Source: an uncultured Candidatus Saccharibacteria bacterium
GTDB taxonomy: Bacteria > Patescibacteriota > Minisyncoccia > 2-02-FULL-40-12 > GWA2-44-9
Length of the DNA: 61,909 bases
Reading direction: 5' to 3'
NCBI GenBank assembly: GCA_964653875.1
Contig: CAZZGH010000001.1
Location: 564-62,472, forward strand
In this document: one piece after another, positions 1 through 9,114 of the stretch
Layout: every line of letters starts with the position of its first letter
How positions within the stretch are numbered: the first letter of the stretch is position 1
Position numbers and translations under genes: made by a program
The notes under the pieces: model-generated
Told to the model about the DNA's origin: nothing
What the model saw: the letters and a program-made list of their open reading frames with translations, nothing else
Databases searched by the model: none

Positions 1-55
1 ATATTGCCATATTCCGAGCTTACTCGGAAACCGCCATATGTGTGTACACATTACC
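1..55. repeat. 55-bp direct repeat, copy 1 (may extend beyond the window start)
   Basis: Identical 55/55 to 927-981. Contains the hairpin CCGAG-CTTA-CTCGG and the 10-bp palindrome TGTGTACACA. Ends 8 nt before TTGACT. Confidence 0.9.
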
Positions 56-63
56 ACATAAGC

Positions 64-92
64 TTGACTTTCTGAGTGAAAAGGCGTATAAT
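64..92 (+). promoter_or_regulatory. sigma70-like promoter: TTGACT, 17-nt spacer, TATAAT
   Basis: -35 at 64-69, 17-nt spacer, consensus -10 at 87-92. Lies about 75 nt upstream of the ATG at 169. Confidence 0.6.
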
Positions 93-168
93 TAACATGT
101 ACGTTGAAAAGGTGAGCTCGGGGCTCTGCAATTCTGTGGAGTGAGAGGCGAACCAAGGAGAAGAGAGA

Positions 169-792
169 ATGGCGAAAAGTAAGTCGTCGCTCGGAAGCGC
201 GCTCGGGTTTGTCACGCTGGTCGTCACGAAAGTGATGGCTGCGATCAAGGAGCATGGCGAGGAGATCCTCCTTGGCCTCTCCGAGGACAAGCTCGGTCCG
301 GTCATTGACCGGTTCGTTGCTGAACTTGTTGCTCTTGCCAAAGCGGCGAGCAACATTTTCTCCATTAACATCGGTGGCAACCGGACGACCGAACAGGTTG
401 TGGCGGATGGCAACTATCAGTACGTCAATTCCTGGATCAACGGCAAGAACTTTCCGTGGCGACGTCGCCAGGGAAAGCGGACGGTTGAGTTGGTGGACAT
501 GGCCGAACATGGGTTCACGAAAGGCTACTCATTCGCAGACTCACTGGCTGTTATCCAGAAACTAGGTCTCGACAGGCCTGTCTATGAGGACGGCTTGCTC
601 TTCGGGGAACAGCATTCCGAGAAGCAGCGGGAGCGATCAATCATGTTTCCGCATGAGCCGGTTCTTGTCGCCCGCGGCGGCCCGGGCGTGGTCTGTCTCT
701 GGGGCGATGCCGGCCACCGCATGCTGCGCTTGGACTGGTCGAGCGACGTGTGGTACTCGCGCACGCTCGTGGCTGGTGTCCGCAAGTCGTAG
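169..792 (+). CDS. hypothetical protein (207 aa), G+C-rich orphan of foreign composition
   Basis: ATG at 169 is preceded by AAGGAG (155-160). G+C is 36/60 in row 181-240 and 46/60 in row 661-720, versus 18/60 to 28/60 in neighbouring rows. Followed by a terminator hairpin. No family recognised by eye. Confidence 0.6.
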   Translation: MAKSKSSLGSALGFVTLVVTKVMAAIKEHGEEILLGLSEDKLGPVIDRFVAELVALAKAASNIFSINIGGNRTTEQVVADGNYQYVNSWINGKNFPWRRRQGKRTVELVDMAEHGFTKGYSFADSLAVIQKLGLDRPVYEDGLLFGEQHSEKQRERSIMFPHEPVLVARGGPGVVCLWGDAGHRMLRLDWSSDVWYSRTLVAGVRKS

Positions 793-816
793 CGTTTTGG
801 CTCTTTTTGAGTCTTT

Positions 817-854
817 GGGGCTGGGGATCTTTGATCCTTGGCCCCTTTGTTTTT
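817..854 (+). terminator. rho-independent terminator after the G+C-rich ORF
   Basis: GGGGC-tgg-GGATC ttt GATCC-ttg-GCCCC, followed by TTTGTTTTT. Confidence 0.6.
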
Positions 855-878
855 GTCAAAATTTTAAAAATTTTGTAT

Positions 879-918
879 GAGGAGCGCCCACCTTAACCGC
901 TCTTCTTTGATTGTTTTA
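879..918 (+). terminator. second hairpin plus T-rich tail
   Basis: GAGGAGCG (879-886) pairs with CGCTCTTC (898-905), with one G-U pair and an 11-nt loop. Followed by TTTGATTGTTTTA. Confidence 0.35.
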
Positions 919-926
919 GCTATACA

Positions 927-981
927 TATTGCCATATTCCGAGCTTACTCGGAAACCGCCATATGTGTGTACACATTACCG
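927..981. repeat. 55-bp direct repeat, copy 2
   Basis: Identical to 1-55. Followed after 8 nt by TTGACT (990-995). Confidence 0.9.
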
Positions 982-989
982 ACTGTGTT

Positions 990-1018
990 TGACTTAATTA
1001 AAAAAATTAAGTATACCT
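990..1018 (+). promoter_or_regulatory. putative promoter: TTGACT, 17-nt spacer, TATACC
   Basis: Same geometry relative to the 55-bp repeat as promoter 64-92. The -10 is weaker. Confidence 0.4.
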
Positions 1019-1049
1019 TTTATAGTTTATTTACAAAAATAGGATAAGA

Positions 1050-2744
1050 ATGATCATACTGGGAACCTTGACCTATTCACACGACACTTCAGCGGCGATT
1101 ATTAAAGACGGCCGGTTGCTTTATGCTGCCGAAGAAGAAAGATTTAACAGAAAAAAACACACCACCGACTTTCCGCATAACGCAATCAGGGCCTGTCTTG
1201 ACTTTGCAAAAATCAAAATGAAAGATATTGATGTCATTTGTGTACCCACTGACCCGGTTAGTCATATCCGCCTTAGGTTTATACGGCATTGGTTTAATTA
1301 CTACCCGCAGGTCGCCCCAAGAATGCTTGAAGAGTTTAAGTGGATAAGCAGAATAATTGATATTGAAAAAGATATAAGAGAAAATTTAGACTTTACGGAA
1401 AAAATATTTTTCTGCCGCCATCATGTTGCTCACATGGCAAGCGCTTATTATCTTTCAGGGTTTTCTCACAGCGCACTATTGAGTATTGACGGGGTTGGTG
1501 AAATTGAAAGCTTAATGACAGGCCAAGCTAAAGATAATCTCATTCGGACATTTGAAAGAAATAATGTTGATTGGCCAAATTCTCTAGGGGTACTTTATAC
1601 GTGTATTACCGAGTGGTTAGGATTTAAACGCCACTGTGACGAGGGCAAGGTGATGGGTTTGGCTCCCTATGGCAACGTAGAGACCTATCAAGAGATTTTT
1701 GAAGACATGGTCACCCTTCTGCCAAACGGCATGTTTGCGTTTGATTTTAGCTATTTTGATTATCCGTTCATTCAAGGATCTACAATGTCAGCCAAGTTTA
1801 CCGAACTTTGCGGTCCACCACGAAAGCCAACCGAGGATATCACCCAAAGGCACCGAGATATTGCTGCTGCCGTTCAATATATAACCGAAAGAGTTATGCT
1901 TCATAGTGCCAACCACCTGTACCGACAAACTAAAGAAAAAAACATATGTTTAGCCGGCGGAGTTGCCTTAAATTGTGTTGCTAATGGAAAAATATTAACC
2001 GAAACGCCTTTTGAAAAAATATTTATCCAACCAGCAGCTAATGATGCCGGCATCGGATTAGGTGCAGCTCTTTATTACCATTATCTCAAAAACCCGCAAG
2101 GTGAACGACAAAAAATGATAAATGCTTATCTTGGAAATGGCTATTCCGATCAGGAGATTGAAAAACTTCTAGATAGGGCTGGGCTGAAGTATGAGAAAGT
2201 AGAAAATATTTTTCCAAGAGTGGCAAGTCTATTAGAACAACAAAAAATTGTCGCTTGGTTTAGTGGACGTTCAGAATTCGGACCTCGCGCTTTAGGAAAC
2301 CGCTCAATTCTTACCGCTCCCTTCCCCGCTGAAATGAAAGATGTCTTAAACTCAAGGGTTAAGCACCGTGAGAGTTTCAGGCCATTTGCTCCGGTCGTCT
2401 TAGAAGAACGTTGCGGCGAATATTTTGACAATACGCACGAATCTCCCTACATGCTCCTGACTTATGGCGTAAAAGAAGACAAAAGAAACAAAGTGCCGGC
2501 CATTACTCACATCGACGGAACAGCTAGAGTCCAAACAGTGAACAGAGAACAAAACAATGAACTTTATTGGCTAATTCATGAATTTGGAAAATTAACCGGC
2601 GTTCATGTTGTTTTGAATACATCATTCAATGTCATGGGCCAGCCAATCGTGAACACTCCGGATGAAGCTATCGACTGTTTCTTGGGAACAGATATCGACT
2701 ATCTTGTCCTAAACGCTAAATATCTTTTGTCTAAAAGATCATAA
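1050..2744 (+). CDS. carbamoyltransferase (NodU/CmcH/TobZ family)
   Basis: 564 aa. The N-terminus ILGTLTYSHDTSAAIIKDGRLLYAAEEERFNRKKH and the C-terminal ...THIDGTARVQTV...NTSFN are typical of Carbam_trans_N/C proteins. Confidence 0.85.
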   Translation: MIILGTLTYSHDTSAAIIKDGRLLYAAEEERFNRKKHTTDFPHNAIRACLDFAKIKMKDIDVICVPTDPVSHIRLRFIRHWFNYYPQVAPRMLEEFKWISRIIDIEKDIRENLDFTEKIFFCRHHVAHMASAYYLSGFSHSALLSIDGVGEIESLMTGQAKDNLIRTFERNNVDWPNSLGVLYTCITEWLGFKRHCDEGKVMGLAPYGNVETYQEIFEDMVTLLPNGMFAFDFSYFDYPFIQGSTMSAKFTELCGPPRKPTEDITQRHRDIAAAVQYITERVMLHSANHLYRQTKEKNICLAGGVALNCVANGKILTETPFEKIFIQPAANDAGIGLGAALYYHYLKNPQGERQKMINAYLGNGYSDQEIEKLLDRAGLKYEKVENIFPRVASLLEQQKIVAWFSGRSEFGPRALGNRSILTAPFPAEMKDVLNSRVKHRESFRPFAPVVLEERCGEYFDNTHESPYMLLTYGVKEDKRNKVPAITHIDGTARVQTVNREQNNELYWLIHEFGKLTGVHVVLNTSFNVMGQPIVNTPDEAIDCFLGTDIDYLVLNAKYLLSKRS

Positions 2745-2748
2745 CCTT

Positions 2749-2772
2749 AACTGCCCTTTTCGGCAGTTTTTT
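2749..2772 (+). terminator. rho-independent terminator
   Basis: CTGCC-cttttc-GGCAG followed by TTTTTT. Confidence 0.65.
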
Positions 2773-2808
2773 ATCCCTCACCATTCAGAAAGGTGAGGGA
2801 TTTTATTT
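2773..2808 (+). terminator. second tandem terminator hairpin
   Basis: 10-bp stem ATCCCTCACC/GGTGAGGGAT, 9-nt loop, T-rich tail. Confidence 0.6.
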
Positions 2809-2835
2809 GACTAGCACATAAAAATTTTGTATACA
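2807..2835 (+). promoter_or_regulatory. promoter: TTGACT, 17-nt spacer, TATACA
   Basis: -35 at 2807-2812. -10 at 2830-2835, or alternatively TACAAT at 2832-2837. Confidence 0.5.
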
Positions 2836-2869
2836 ATACGCAAAGAACCTTAATAACTAGGGAGGCTGA

Positions 2870-4054
2870 ATGAGCACCACAAGTCCTAAATATCCTCTGG
2901 CCGGTGACACAATTGACCATCAAGATATTGAAAATGTAATTACCTGGTTAAGAACTTCGCCAAGATTAACAATGGATGAAATGACTAAGCAGTATGAAAA
3001 TAAATGGACGGAATGGTTGGGAAGAAAGTTTGCTCTTTTCTGTAATTCCGGATCCTCGGCCAATCTTCTTATGTACTATGCCCTTCTTTGCTCCAGTAAA
3101 TTAATGAATAAAAAGGTTATTGTTCCAAGTGTAGGTTGGGTAACAACGATTGCTCCGGCTATTCAATTTGGTTTTGAAGCTATCATGTGCGAAGCAGATC
3201 CGGAAACATTCGGATTGGACCTGAACCACCTAGAAGAATTGCTTAAAAAGCACCATCCTGCCACGGTAATGCTTGTCCAAGTTCTTGGAATACCTCATAA
3301 AATGGATGAGGTTTTAGCCCTGAAAAATAAATACGGATTTATTCTATTGGAAGATGCTTGCGCTTCTGTGGGTTCAAGTTACAAAGACCAAAAGGTCGGA
3401 ACATTCGGAGATATGTCCAGTTTTTCTACTTATTACGGCCACCAGTCCCCGACCGTTGAGGGAGGACTTGTCTTTACTGACGACCAAGAGTTCCATAACA
3501 TTTTGGTAATGATCAGAAGCCATGGCTGGGGCCAGCATTTGGACTCCGAGACCTACAACAGAATCTTCAACAAGTACAATATTGATACCGCCCATCGGCC
3601 ATTTGCTTTCTTCTACCCGGGATTTAATGTCCGGCCCACTGATATACAAGCGTTCATCGGCTTAGGACAATTAGACAAGCTGGGGTGGACAATCAGGCGA
3701 AGGGCAGAAAATCATGAACTTTACCGACAGTTGCTAAGCAGCCATTTTTACACTCAAAATTACGACAAGAACTCCATGGTCTCAAGTATCCATTTCGCCA
3801 TCTTAGCCAAGGATTCAACCGAAAGAGACAAGATTGCCAATGCCCTGACGGAGAACAGCATAGAAACAAGATTATACTCCGCCGGCAATCTTGGCCTCCA
3901 TCCTTTCTGGTATGACAATTATGGCAAATTTACCGCACCCATGGCTACCAGAATTTATAATTGCGGACTTTTTCTTCCTAATAATCCGTCCCTTAATCAG
4001 GGGGATATAAAATTTATATCGGACGTAGTTTTAGCAAGTGTGGAGGCGAATTAA
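2870..4054 (+). CDS. PMP-dependent NDP-4-keto-6-deoxyhexose 3-dehydratase (ColD/E1 (RfbH/DdhC)-like, DegT fold)
   Basis: YPLAGDT..., SGSSANLL, VPSVGWVTT, LLEDACASVG and PGFNVRP match the ColD/E1 pattern. The active-site motif is FSTYYGHQSPTVEGG, with His where aminotransferases carry the Schiff-base Lys. Confidence 0.8.
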   Translation: MSTTSPKYPLAGDTIDHQDIENVITWLRTSPRLTMDEMTKQYENKWTEWLGRKFALFCNSGSSANLLMYYALLCSSKLMNKKVIVPSVGWVTTIAPAIQFGFEAIMCEADPETFGLDLNHLEELLKKHHPATVMLVQVLGIPHKMDEVLALKNKYGFILLEDACASVGSSYKDQKVGTFGDMSSFSTYYGHQSPTVEGGLVFTDDQEFHNILVMIRSHGWGQHLDSETYNRIFNKYNIDTAHRPFAFFYPGFNVRPTDIQAFIGLGQLDKLGWTIRRRAENHELYRQLLSSHFYTQNYDKNSMVSSIHFAILAKDSTERDKIANALTENSIETRLYSAGNLGLHPFWYDNYGKFTAPMATRIYNCGLFLPNNPSLNQGDIKFISDVVLASVEAN

Positions 4055-4076
4055 TTAACAAAAAAATTTATCTGAT

Positions 4077-4106
4077 TATCGGCCGTATCCTCGGTCGATT
4101 TTTATT
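4077..4106 (+). terminator. rho-independent terminator
   Basis: ATCGGCCG-tatcct-CGGTCGAT (one G-U pair), followed by TTTTATTT. Confidence 0.55.
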
Positions 4107-4113
4107 TCAACAA

Positions 4114-4142
4114 GTTGACAAAGCTCTTTTTATAACATATGT
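4114..4142 (+). promoter_or_regulatory. promoter: TTGACA, 17-nt spacer, TATGTT
   Basis: Consensus -35 at 4114-4119, 17-nt spacer. Confidence 0.5.
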
Positions 4143-4180
4143 TTTTAGACGATTGAACCTTTACAATTACAGAGGAAAAA

Positions 4181-6028
4181 ATGAAACAGAGAGTCAGCGA
4201 TTATATCCTTGATTTTTTGGCAGATCATGACATTAAAGAAGTGTTTGAGGTTTATGGAGCAGCTAATGCAAATCTCATCGATGCTTTTACCCGTACTGAA
4301 AGGATCCGATATATCGCTACGATGCATGAGCAGGCTGCAGGCTTCGCTGCCGAAGGGTATGCAAAAGTAAGTCACAAGCCGGGCGTAGTTATTGCCACAA
4401 GCGGTCCTGGTGCACAAAATTTGCTCACACCTATCGGTAACTGCTTTTACGACTCCGTCCCCTGTCTTTTTTTGGTAGGCCAGATCAAATCACAATTCAT
4501 ACGCCCTGACCCGTCCGTAAGACAGGTTGGTTTTCAGGAAACTCCCATTGTTGAAATTGTTTCCTCAATAACTAAATATGCCAAACAGGTCCGCAACGCT
4601 AAAGATATTAAGTATGAACTTGAAAAAGCATGGTTCCTCTGCCAAGAAGGCAGACCCGGACCAGTTCTGCTCGATATGCCGATTGATGTTCAAAAAGAAG
4701 AAATCGATCTTAATGAGCTTCATGGTTTTGATCCGGAAATAAAAAAAACCGCATATGACACGCATTTGATTAATAGCCAAATAGATAACTTCCTCGAAGA
4801 CATAAGAAAAAGCAAGCGGCCAGTTATATTGGTTGGCGGAGGAGTGTGGATAGCCAACGCCGTCCAAGAACTTCTGGCAGCAGCAAAGGAACTAAAAATT
4901 CCCTGCCTGCCAACATTTAACGCTCTCGATGTGGTAACATCCGATTTCGAGTTCTATGGCGGACGGATCGGCACAAACGGTAGCCGAGCCGGCAATTTTG
5001 CTCTCCAAAATTCAGATCTTCTCCTTGCTATTGGTTGCCGTATTTCAGGAAGAATCACCGGAGGCAACCTTCATTCTTTTGCCAGAGAAGCAAAAAAATA
5101 TGTAGTAGATGTTGATCCGGCACTCCTTCAAAGAAAACTTCAGCAGATTCCGTTTGACGTTAACATCCGCTGTGATGCCAAAATATTTTTACAAACCTTG
5201 CTTGTAAAATTGCAAAGAGAATATTTTGCCTTAAGATACCGAAATAGTGATCACCCTCACAGCTGGTGGATGGATAAGGTTAATAAATGGAAACAAATGT
5301 ACCATCCGACCAAAGAAGAGCTCTTTTGCCGAAAAACAGATACGGTCAACCCATTTGTTTTCATGAAAAAGTTATCTGATCAGATGAAACCAGATGACAT
5401 TTTTGTTTACGACTGCGGAGGTAACGTTATTATTACGAATGCGATATTTGAAACCAAGCAGGGCCAGAGATTTATCACCAACAACGGCAATTCGCCAATG
5501 GGTTTTTCTTTTGCCGGAGCTATGGGGGCATGGTTTGCTTCTGATAAGAAAAAACAAAATGTGGTCTGCGTTATTGGTGACGGCGGATTTAACATGAATA
5601 TTCAGGAAATCCAAACTTGTATTAATTATGGTATCGGAATAAAAGTTTTTATTCTGAATAACCACATCTACGGCATTACCAAGTCTTTCCAGATAACTAA
5701 TTTCGGAGGCCGAATGGAAGCTTGTGGTCCAAAGGGCTATAGTCCGCCAGATTTTAGAAAGGTAATTGGACTCGGTTATGAAGCACCGCTGGAAGTAGTA
5801 GACAACGACGAAGAGGTTGAAGAAAAGATAAAAAAGGTCCTTAATTCAGACGGACTTATTTTCTGCGATATAAACTGCCACGAATGGCATTCGTATGGCC
5901 CTAAAATCATCGGCTGGAACACTCCGATTGAAGATATGTTTCCCTACCTGCCGAGAGATGAATTTAAAGAACAAATGATGATTGACCTTGTGCCCGGCTG
6001 GGAAAACCCGTTCACTTCAGTTGAATAA
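4181..6028 (+). CDS. thiamine-diphosphate-dependent enzyme, acetolactate-synthase-large-subunit/YerE-like
   Basis: 615 aa. N-terminal TPP_enzyme_N pattern (HEQAAGFAAEGYAK...SGPGAQNL) and ThDP-binding motif GDGGFNMNIQE...NN. Confidence 0.8.
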   Translation: MKQRVSDYILDFLADHDIKEVFEVYGAANANLIDAFTRTERIRYIATMHEQAAGFAAEGYAKVSHKPGVVIATSGPGAQNLLTPIGNCFYDSVPCLFLVGQIKSQFIRPDPSVRQVGFQETPIVEIVSSITKYAKQVRNAKDIKYELEKAWFLCQEGRPGPVLLDMPIDVQKEEIDLNELHGFDPEIKKTAYDTHLINSQIDNFLEDIRKSKRPVILVGGGVWIANAVQELLAAAKELKIPCLPTFNALDVVTSDFEFYGGRIGTNGSRAGNFALQNSDLLLAIGCRISGRITGGNLHSFAREAKKYVVDVDPALLQRKLQQIPFDVNIRCDAKIFLQTLLVKLQREYFALRYRNSDHPHSWWMDKVNKWKQMYHPTKEELFCRKTDTVNPFVFMKKLSDQMKPDDIFVYDCGGNVIITNAIFETKQGQRFITNNGNSPMGFSFAGAMGAWFASDKKKQNVVCVIGDGGFNMNIQEIQTCINYGIGIKVFILNNHIYGITKSFQITNFGGRMEACGPKGYSPPDFRKVIGLGYEAPLEVVDNDEEVEEKIKKVLNSDGLIFCDINCHEWHSYGPKIIGWNTPIEDMFPYLPRDEFKEQMMIDLVPGWENPFTSVE

Positions 6029-6032
6029 AATT

Positions 6033-6054
6033 AAACCCCGATTCGGGGTTTTTA
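6033..6054 (+). terminator. rho-independent terminator
   Basis: AAACCCCG-att-CGGGGTTT followed by a T-run. Confidence 0.65.
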
Positions 6055-6057
6055 TTA

Positions 6058-6086
6058 TTGACTAAGACTAACACAATAAGTATATT
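6058..6086 (+). promoter_or_regulatory. promoter: TTGACT, 17-nt spacer, TATATT
   Basis: -35 at 6058-6063 and -10 at 6081-6086. Confidence 0.5.
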
Positions 6087-6127
6087 GAGCCTAATCTGTT
6101 ATTTAAAACAAGGATCCAGAAGATTCC

Positions 6128-8200
6128 ATGAGACGAAAAGTAACGGTCGGTTTGTGCCAAATAAATGCCGGCTTTTCCGGCGCCAATTATCTTCCATATT
6201 CAGCAGGAATCTTGGAGGTATTTGCTCAAAAGAATATTCCGAATATCGATGACTTTCATTTTCTGCCCTATATATTTACTCGCGAATCAGTAGATTCGGC
6301 TGTGAAAAAACTTTTACCCGCAGATGTTGCGTGTTTTAGCCTTTATGTTTGGAATGACCAATTAGCCCGCAGAATAGCCAAAGAACTGAAAAAAATAAAA
6401 CCTGAAATCATTATCGTTGTCGGCGGTCCTCATGTGCCAGATAAATACAAATCTCATATTCAGAATAAACAAGCCACGCTTAAATGGGAAAATCCGAAGA
6501 AAACCGGTCAAGATATAATTGACCCCGCACTAGAAAGAACACAAACCTATTTAAGGGAAAATAATTATATTGACATCGCTGTCCATGGTGAAGGAGAAAG
6601 GCCTTTTTCAATTCTGCTCCAAAATCTATACGGCGACTGGAAAGAAATTCCTTCAATAAGTTTTTTAGATCGAGATGGCTTTATTGTCCAGACCGAAAGA
6701 ATCCCACGCTTAAAAGATCTTGACGAGGTACCTTCTCCATATCTTGAAGGAACTTTTGATTCTATTATCAAAGCATATCCGGACATGGAATGGATTACGG
6801 TTTGGGAGACAAATCGCGGATGTCCGTTTTCCTGTACATTTTGCGACTGGGGTTCAGCTATAGCGTCCAAAATAAATAAGTGGAAAATTGAAAGAGTTTA
6901 TCAAGAAATAGATTGGTTTGCAAAACATAACGTCCAGTTTATTTTTCTCGCTGACGCAAACTTCGGGATTTTGCCTCGTGATATAGAAATAGCCAAATAC
7001 TGCGCCGAAGTGAAAAGAAAGACCGGCCGTCCCAATACGATCACGGTTTCGAATACCAAAAATGCCACCGATCGGTCTTATCAGGTTCAAAAAATATTTG
7101 CCGACGCCGGCCTTGCTGCCGGAGCATCGCTATCAATGCAATCTTTAGATCCTCAAACCCTGAAAGATATAAAAAGAGATAATATCAACCTTGACTCATA
7201 CAGGGAAATTCAACGGCGAATGAAGGAGGATGGTATTTCAGCTTTTACTGATATTGTTCTTGGCTTGCCCGGAGAAACATATGACTCGTTCGCTAATGGT
7301 ATCGATGAACTTATTAGAAGTGGTCTTCATGATCGGGTTCTCTTCTATAATCTTACGATCCTGCCCAATGCCGAGATGGCCGACCCAAGTTATCAAAAAT
7401 TACATGGAATGGAGACAGTAAAAATGAGAAGTGTAAACATTCACGGCAGCAGAAAAGAAATAGAAGGAGACGTTCCTGAAGTGCAGGAGGTGGTAATCGC
7501 GACCAAAACAATGCCCAAAGAGGACTGGGTCCGGGTCTGTGTTTTTAGATGGACTTCAGCATTTCTACACTTTGATAAAATACTTCAGATTCCCCTTGTT
7601 CTCACGCATGAAATTACCGGAGCAAGTTATCGCGAATTGATAGAACTGTTTTCTGAAGACAATATTAAGAAAGCTGAAGAATTTCCCATACTAAACAGGG
7701 TGAGACAATTCTTCGTTGCTAAAGCGCAATCAATTCAGCGCGGAGAAGAAGAATTTTGTCATTCGCCAAAATATATTGATGTACGATGGCCATCTGATGA
7801 ATACATGCTCATTGATTTAGCCATTAACGGCGATCTTCCAGCATTCTATCAAGAAGCATACAGAACCTTGGAATCATTATCGGTTAAATATGGCAAAAGT
7901 GAGAATTTAGACGCAATAAAAGAAGCAGTGCAGCTTAACCAGGATATGTTAAAATTGCCATTCCGTGCCGATAGTCAGGATCTGTTGCTTTCATATAACA
8001 TTTGGGAATTCTATCACGCAGCAATTCGAGGTAAACCCATTCCCTTAGAAAAACACCGTGCTGTCATCACTATAGATTATGAGAGCGAGAAATGGAATTC
8101 ATGGGAAGATTGGTGCCGACAAGTTGTCTGGTACGGCAGTAAGCGCAGTGCTTATCTTTATGGAAACAAAGCTGTCGTTCAAATTGCGGGACATTTCTAA
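6128..8200 (+). CDS. cobalamin (B12)-binding radical SAM enzyme, long form (690 aa), paralog A
   Basis: N-terminal B12-binding Rossmann-like region (FSLYVWN...IIIVVGGPHVPD), the CX3CX2C cluster motif GCPFSCTFCDW, and a ~300-aa C-terminal extension ending AYLYGNK..QIAGHF. Confidence 0.8.
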   Translation: MRRKVTVGLCQINAGFSGANYLPYSAGILEVFAQKNIPNIDDFHFLPYIFTRESVDSAVKKLLPADVACFSLYVWNDQLARRIAKELKKIKPEIIIVVGGPHVPDKYKSHIQNKQATLKWENPKKTGQDIIDPALERTQTYLRENNYIDIAVHGEGERPFSILLQNLYGDWKEIPSISFLDRDGFIVQTERIPRLKDLDEVPSPYLEGTFDSIIKAYPDMEWITVWETNRGCPFSCTFCDWGSAIASKINKWKIERVYQEIDWFAKHNVQFIFLADANFGILPRDIEIAKYCAEVKRKTGRPNTITVSNTKNATDRSYQVQKIFADAGLAAGASLSMQSLDPQTLKDIKRDNINLDSYREIQRRMKEDGISAFTDIVLGLPGETYDSFANGIDELIRSGLHDRVLFYNLTILPNAEMADPSYQKLHGMETVKMRSVNIHGSRKEIEGDVPEVQEVVIATKTMPKEDWVRVCVFRWTSAFLHFDKILQIPLVLTHEITGASYRELIELFSEDNIKKAEEFPILNRVRQFFVAKAQSIQRGEEEFCHSPKYIDVRWPSDEYMLIDLAINGDLPAFYQEAYRTLESLSVKYGKSENLDAIKEAVQLNQDMLKLPFRADSQDLLLSYNIWEFYHAAIRGKPIPLEKHRAVITIDYESEKWNSWEDWCRQVVWYGSKRSAYLYGNKAVVQIAGHF

Positions 8201-8222
8201 AGACGCTTAAGCGTCTTTTTTG
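8199..8222 (+). terminator. rho-independent terminator
   Basis: AGACGC-ttaa-GCGTCT followed by TTTTTT. Confidence 0.7.
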
Positions 8223-8233
8223 TTCCCTTTTAG

Positions 8234-8262
8234 TTGACCAAAGAAAAATTTAACCGTATAGT
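8234..8262 (+). promoter_or_regulatory. promoter: TTGACC, 17-nt spacer, TATAGT
   Basis: -35 at 8234-8239 and -10 at 8257-8262. Confidence 0.5.
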
Positions 8263-8295
8263 TTCCAAATTGCGTTCATTAAAAATAAGGGAAAA

Positions 8296-9114
8296 ATGAC
8301 AGATATCAGTTACTTGACTCGACAAGCAAAAACAGCCAGGAAGCTGATATTGGATATGATATTTAAAGCCAAGTCGTCCCATCTTGGCTGCGCACTTTCT
8401 GTTACCGATATATTAACAGCATTATATTTTGGAGACATCCTTAAAATTGACCCCGAAAATCCAAATTGGGAAAACAGGGACAGATTCATATTGAGCAAAG
8501 GCCACGCCTGCGTAGCTCTATATGTCACTTTGGCGTTAAGGGGCTATTTCCCGTTTGAGAAACTAAAGGAATATGGCACCAACGGTACCCTGATTAGCGA
8601 CCATAATACCCTTGGATCTTTGCCAGGAATTGAAACGACCAATGGCTCCTTAGGTCATGGTCTGCCGCTTGGTATAGGAATGGCATTAGCCGAAAAAAAC
8701 GCAAGAAGGCCATCAAGAATATTTGTTTTGGTCGGAGACGGCGAGCTTCAGGAGGGTTCAAACTGGGAAGCATTAATGTTCGCTGGATTCCATAGATTAA
8801 ACAATTTAATCCTCATTATTGATAACAATAATCTTGAGACACTCGGACCAACCGACAAAATCCTTAGCCTCGCTACTATTCATAAGAAGTTGGAAAGCTT
8901 TGGATGGGATGCAGAAAATATTTCGGGGCATTGTTTTGCTGAAATTATCGGCCGGTTAAATATAAAACACGAAAAACCTTTTGCTCTGAATTGCCACACA
9001 ACAAAAAGCAAAGGCATTTCTTTTATGGAGGGCGACTACATCTGGCATGGCAAATGTCCGACCAAAGAAGAATATGAGAGGGCCAAAAAAGAATTGAGCG
9101 GAGAATTGCAATGA
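8296..9114 (+). CDS. transketolase, N-terminal (ThDP-binding) subunit
   Basis: SKGHACVALY, GSLGHGLPLGIGMA, VLVGDGELQEGSNWEA. The ATGA overlap with the next gene indicates a split TktA/TktB-type arrangement. Confidence 0.85.
   Translation: MTDISYLTRQAKTARKLILDMIFKAKSSHLGCALSVTDILTALYFGDILKIDPENPNWENRDRFILSKGHACVALYVTLALRGYFPFEKLKEYGTNGTLISDHNTLGSLPGIETTNGSLGHGLPLGIGMALAEKNARRPSRIFVLVGDGELQEGSNWEALMFAGFHRLNNLILIIDNNNLETLGPTDKILSLATIHKKLESFGWDAENISGHCFAEIIGRLNIKHEKPFALNCHTTKSKGISFMEGDYIWHGKCPTKEEYERAKKELSGELQ

Noticed and set aside
51-880. Five overlapping ORFs of 67-120 aa on both strands (51-413-, 254-565+, 582-785-, 584-880+, 641-859-) within the G+C-rich segment
   Set aside because: Long open frames in all phases are expected in 60-77% G+C DNA. 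Only 169-792 has a ribosome-binding site, a promoter and a terminator. The others give Arg/Pro/Ser-rich low-complexity translations.
853-918. Possible tiny transcription unit (TTGTCA-17-TATGAG followed by the hairpin at 879-905) between the G+C-rich gene and repeat copy 2
   Set aside because: The -10 lacks the invariant final T, and the predicted transcript would be only about 30 nt. It is more simply read as a second terminator hairpin.
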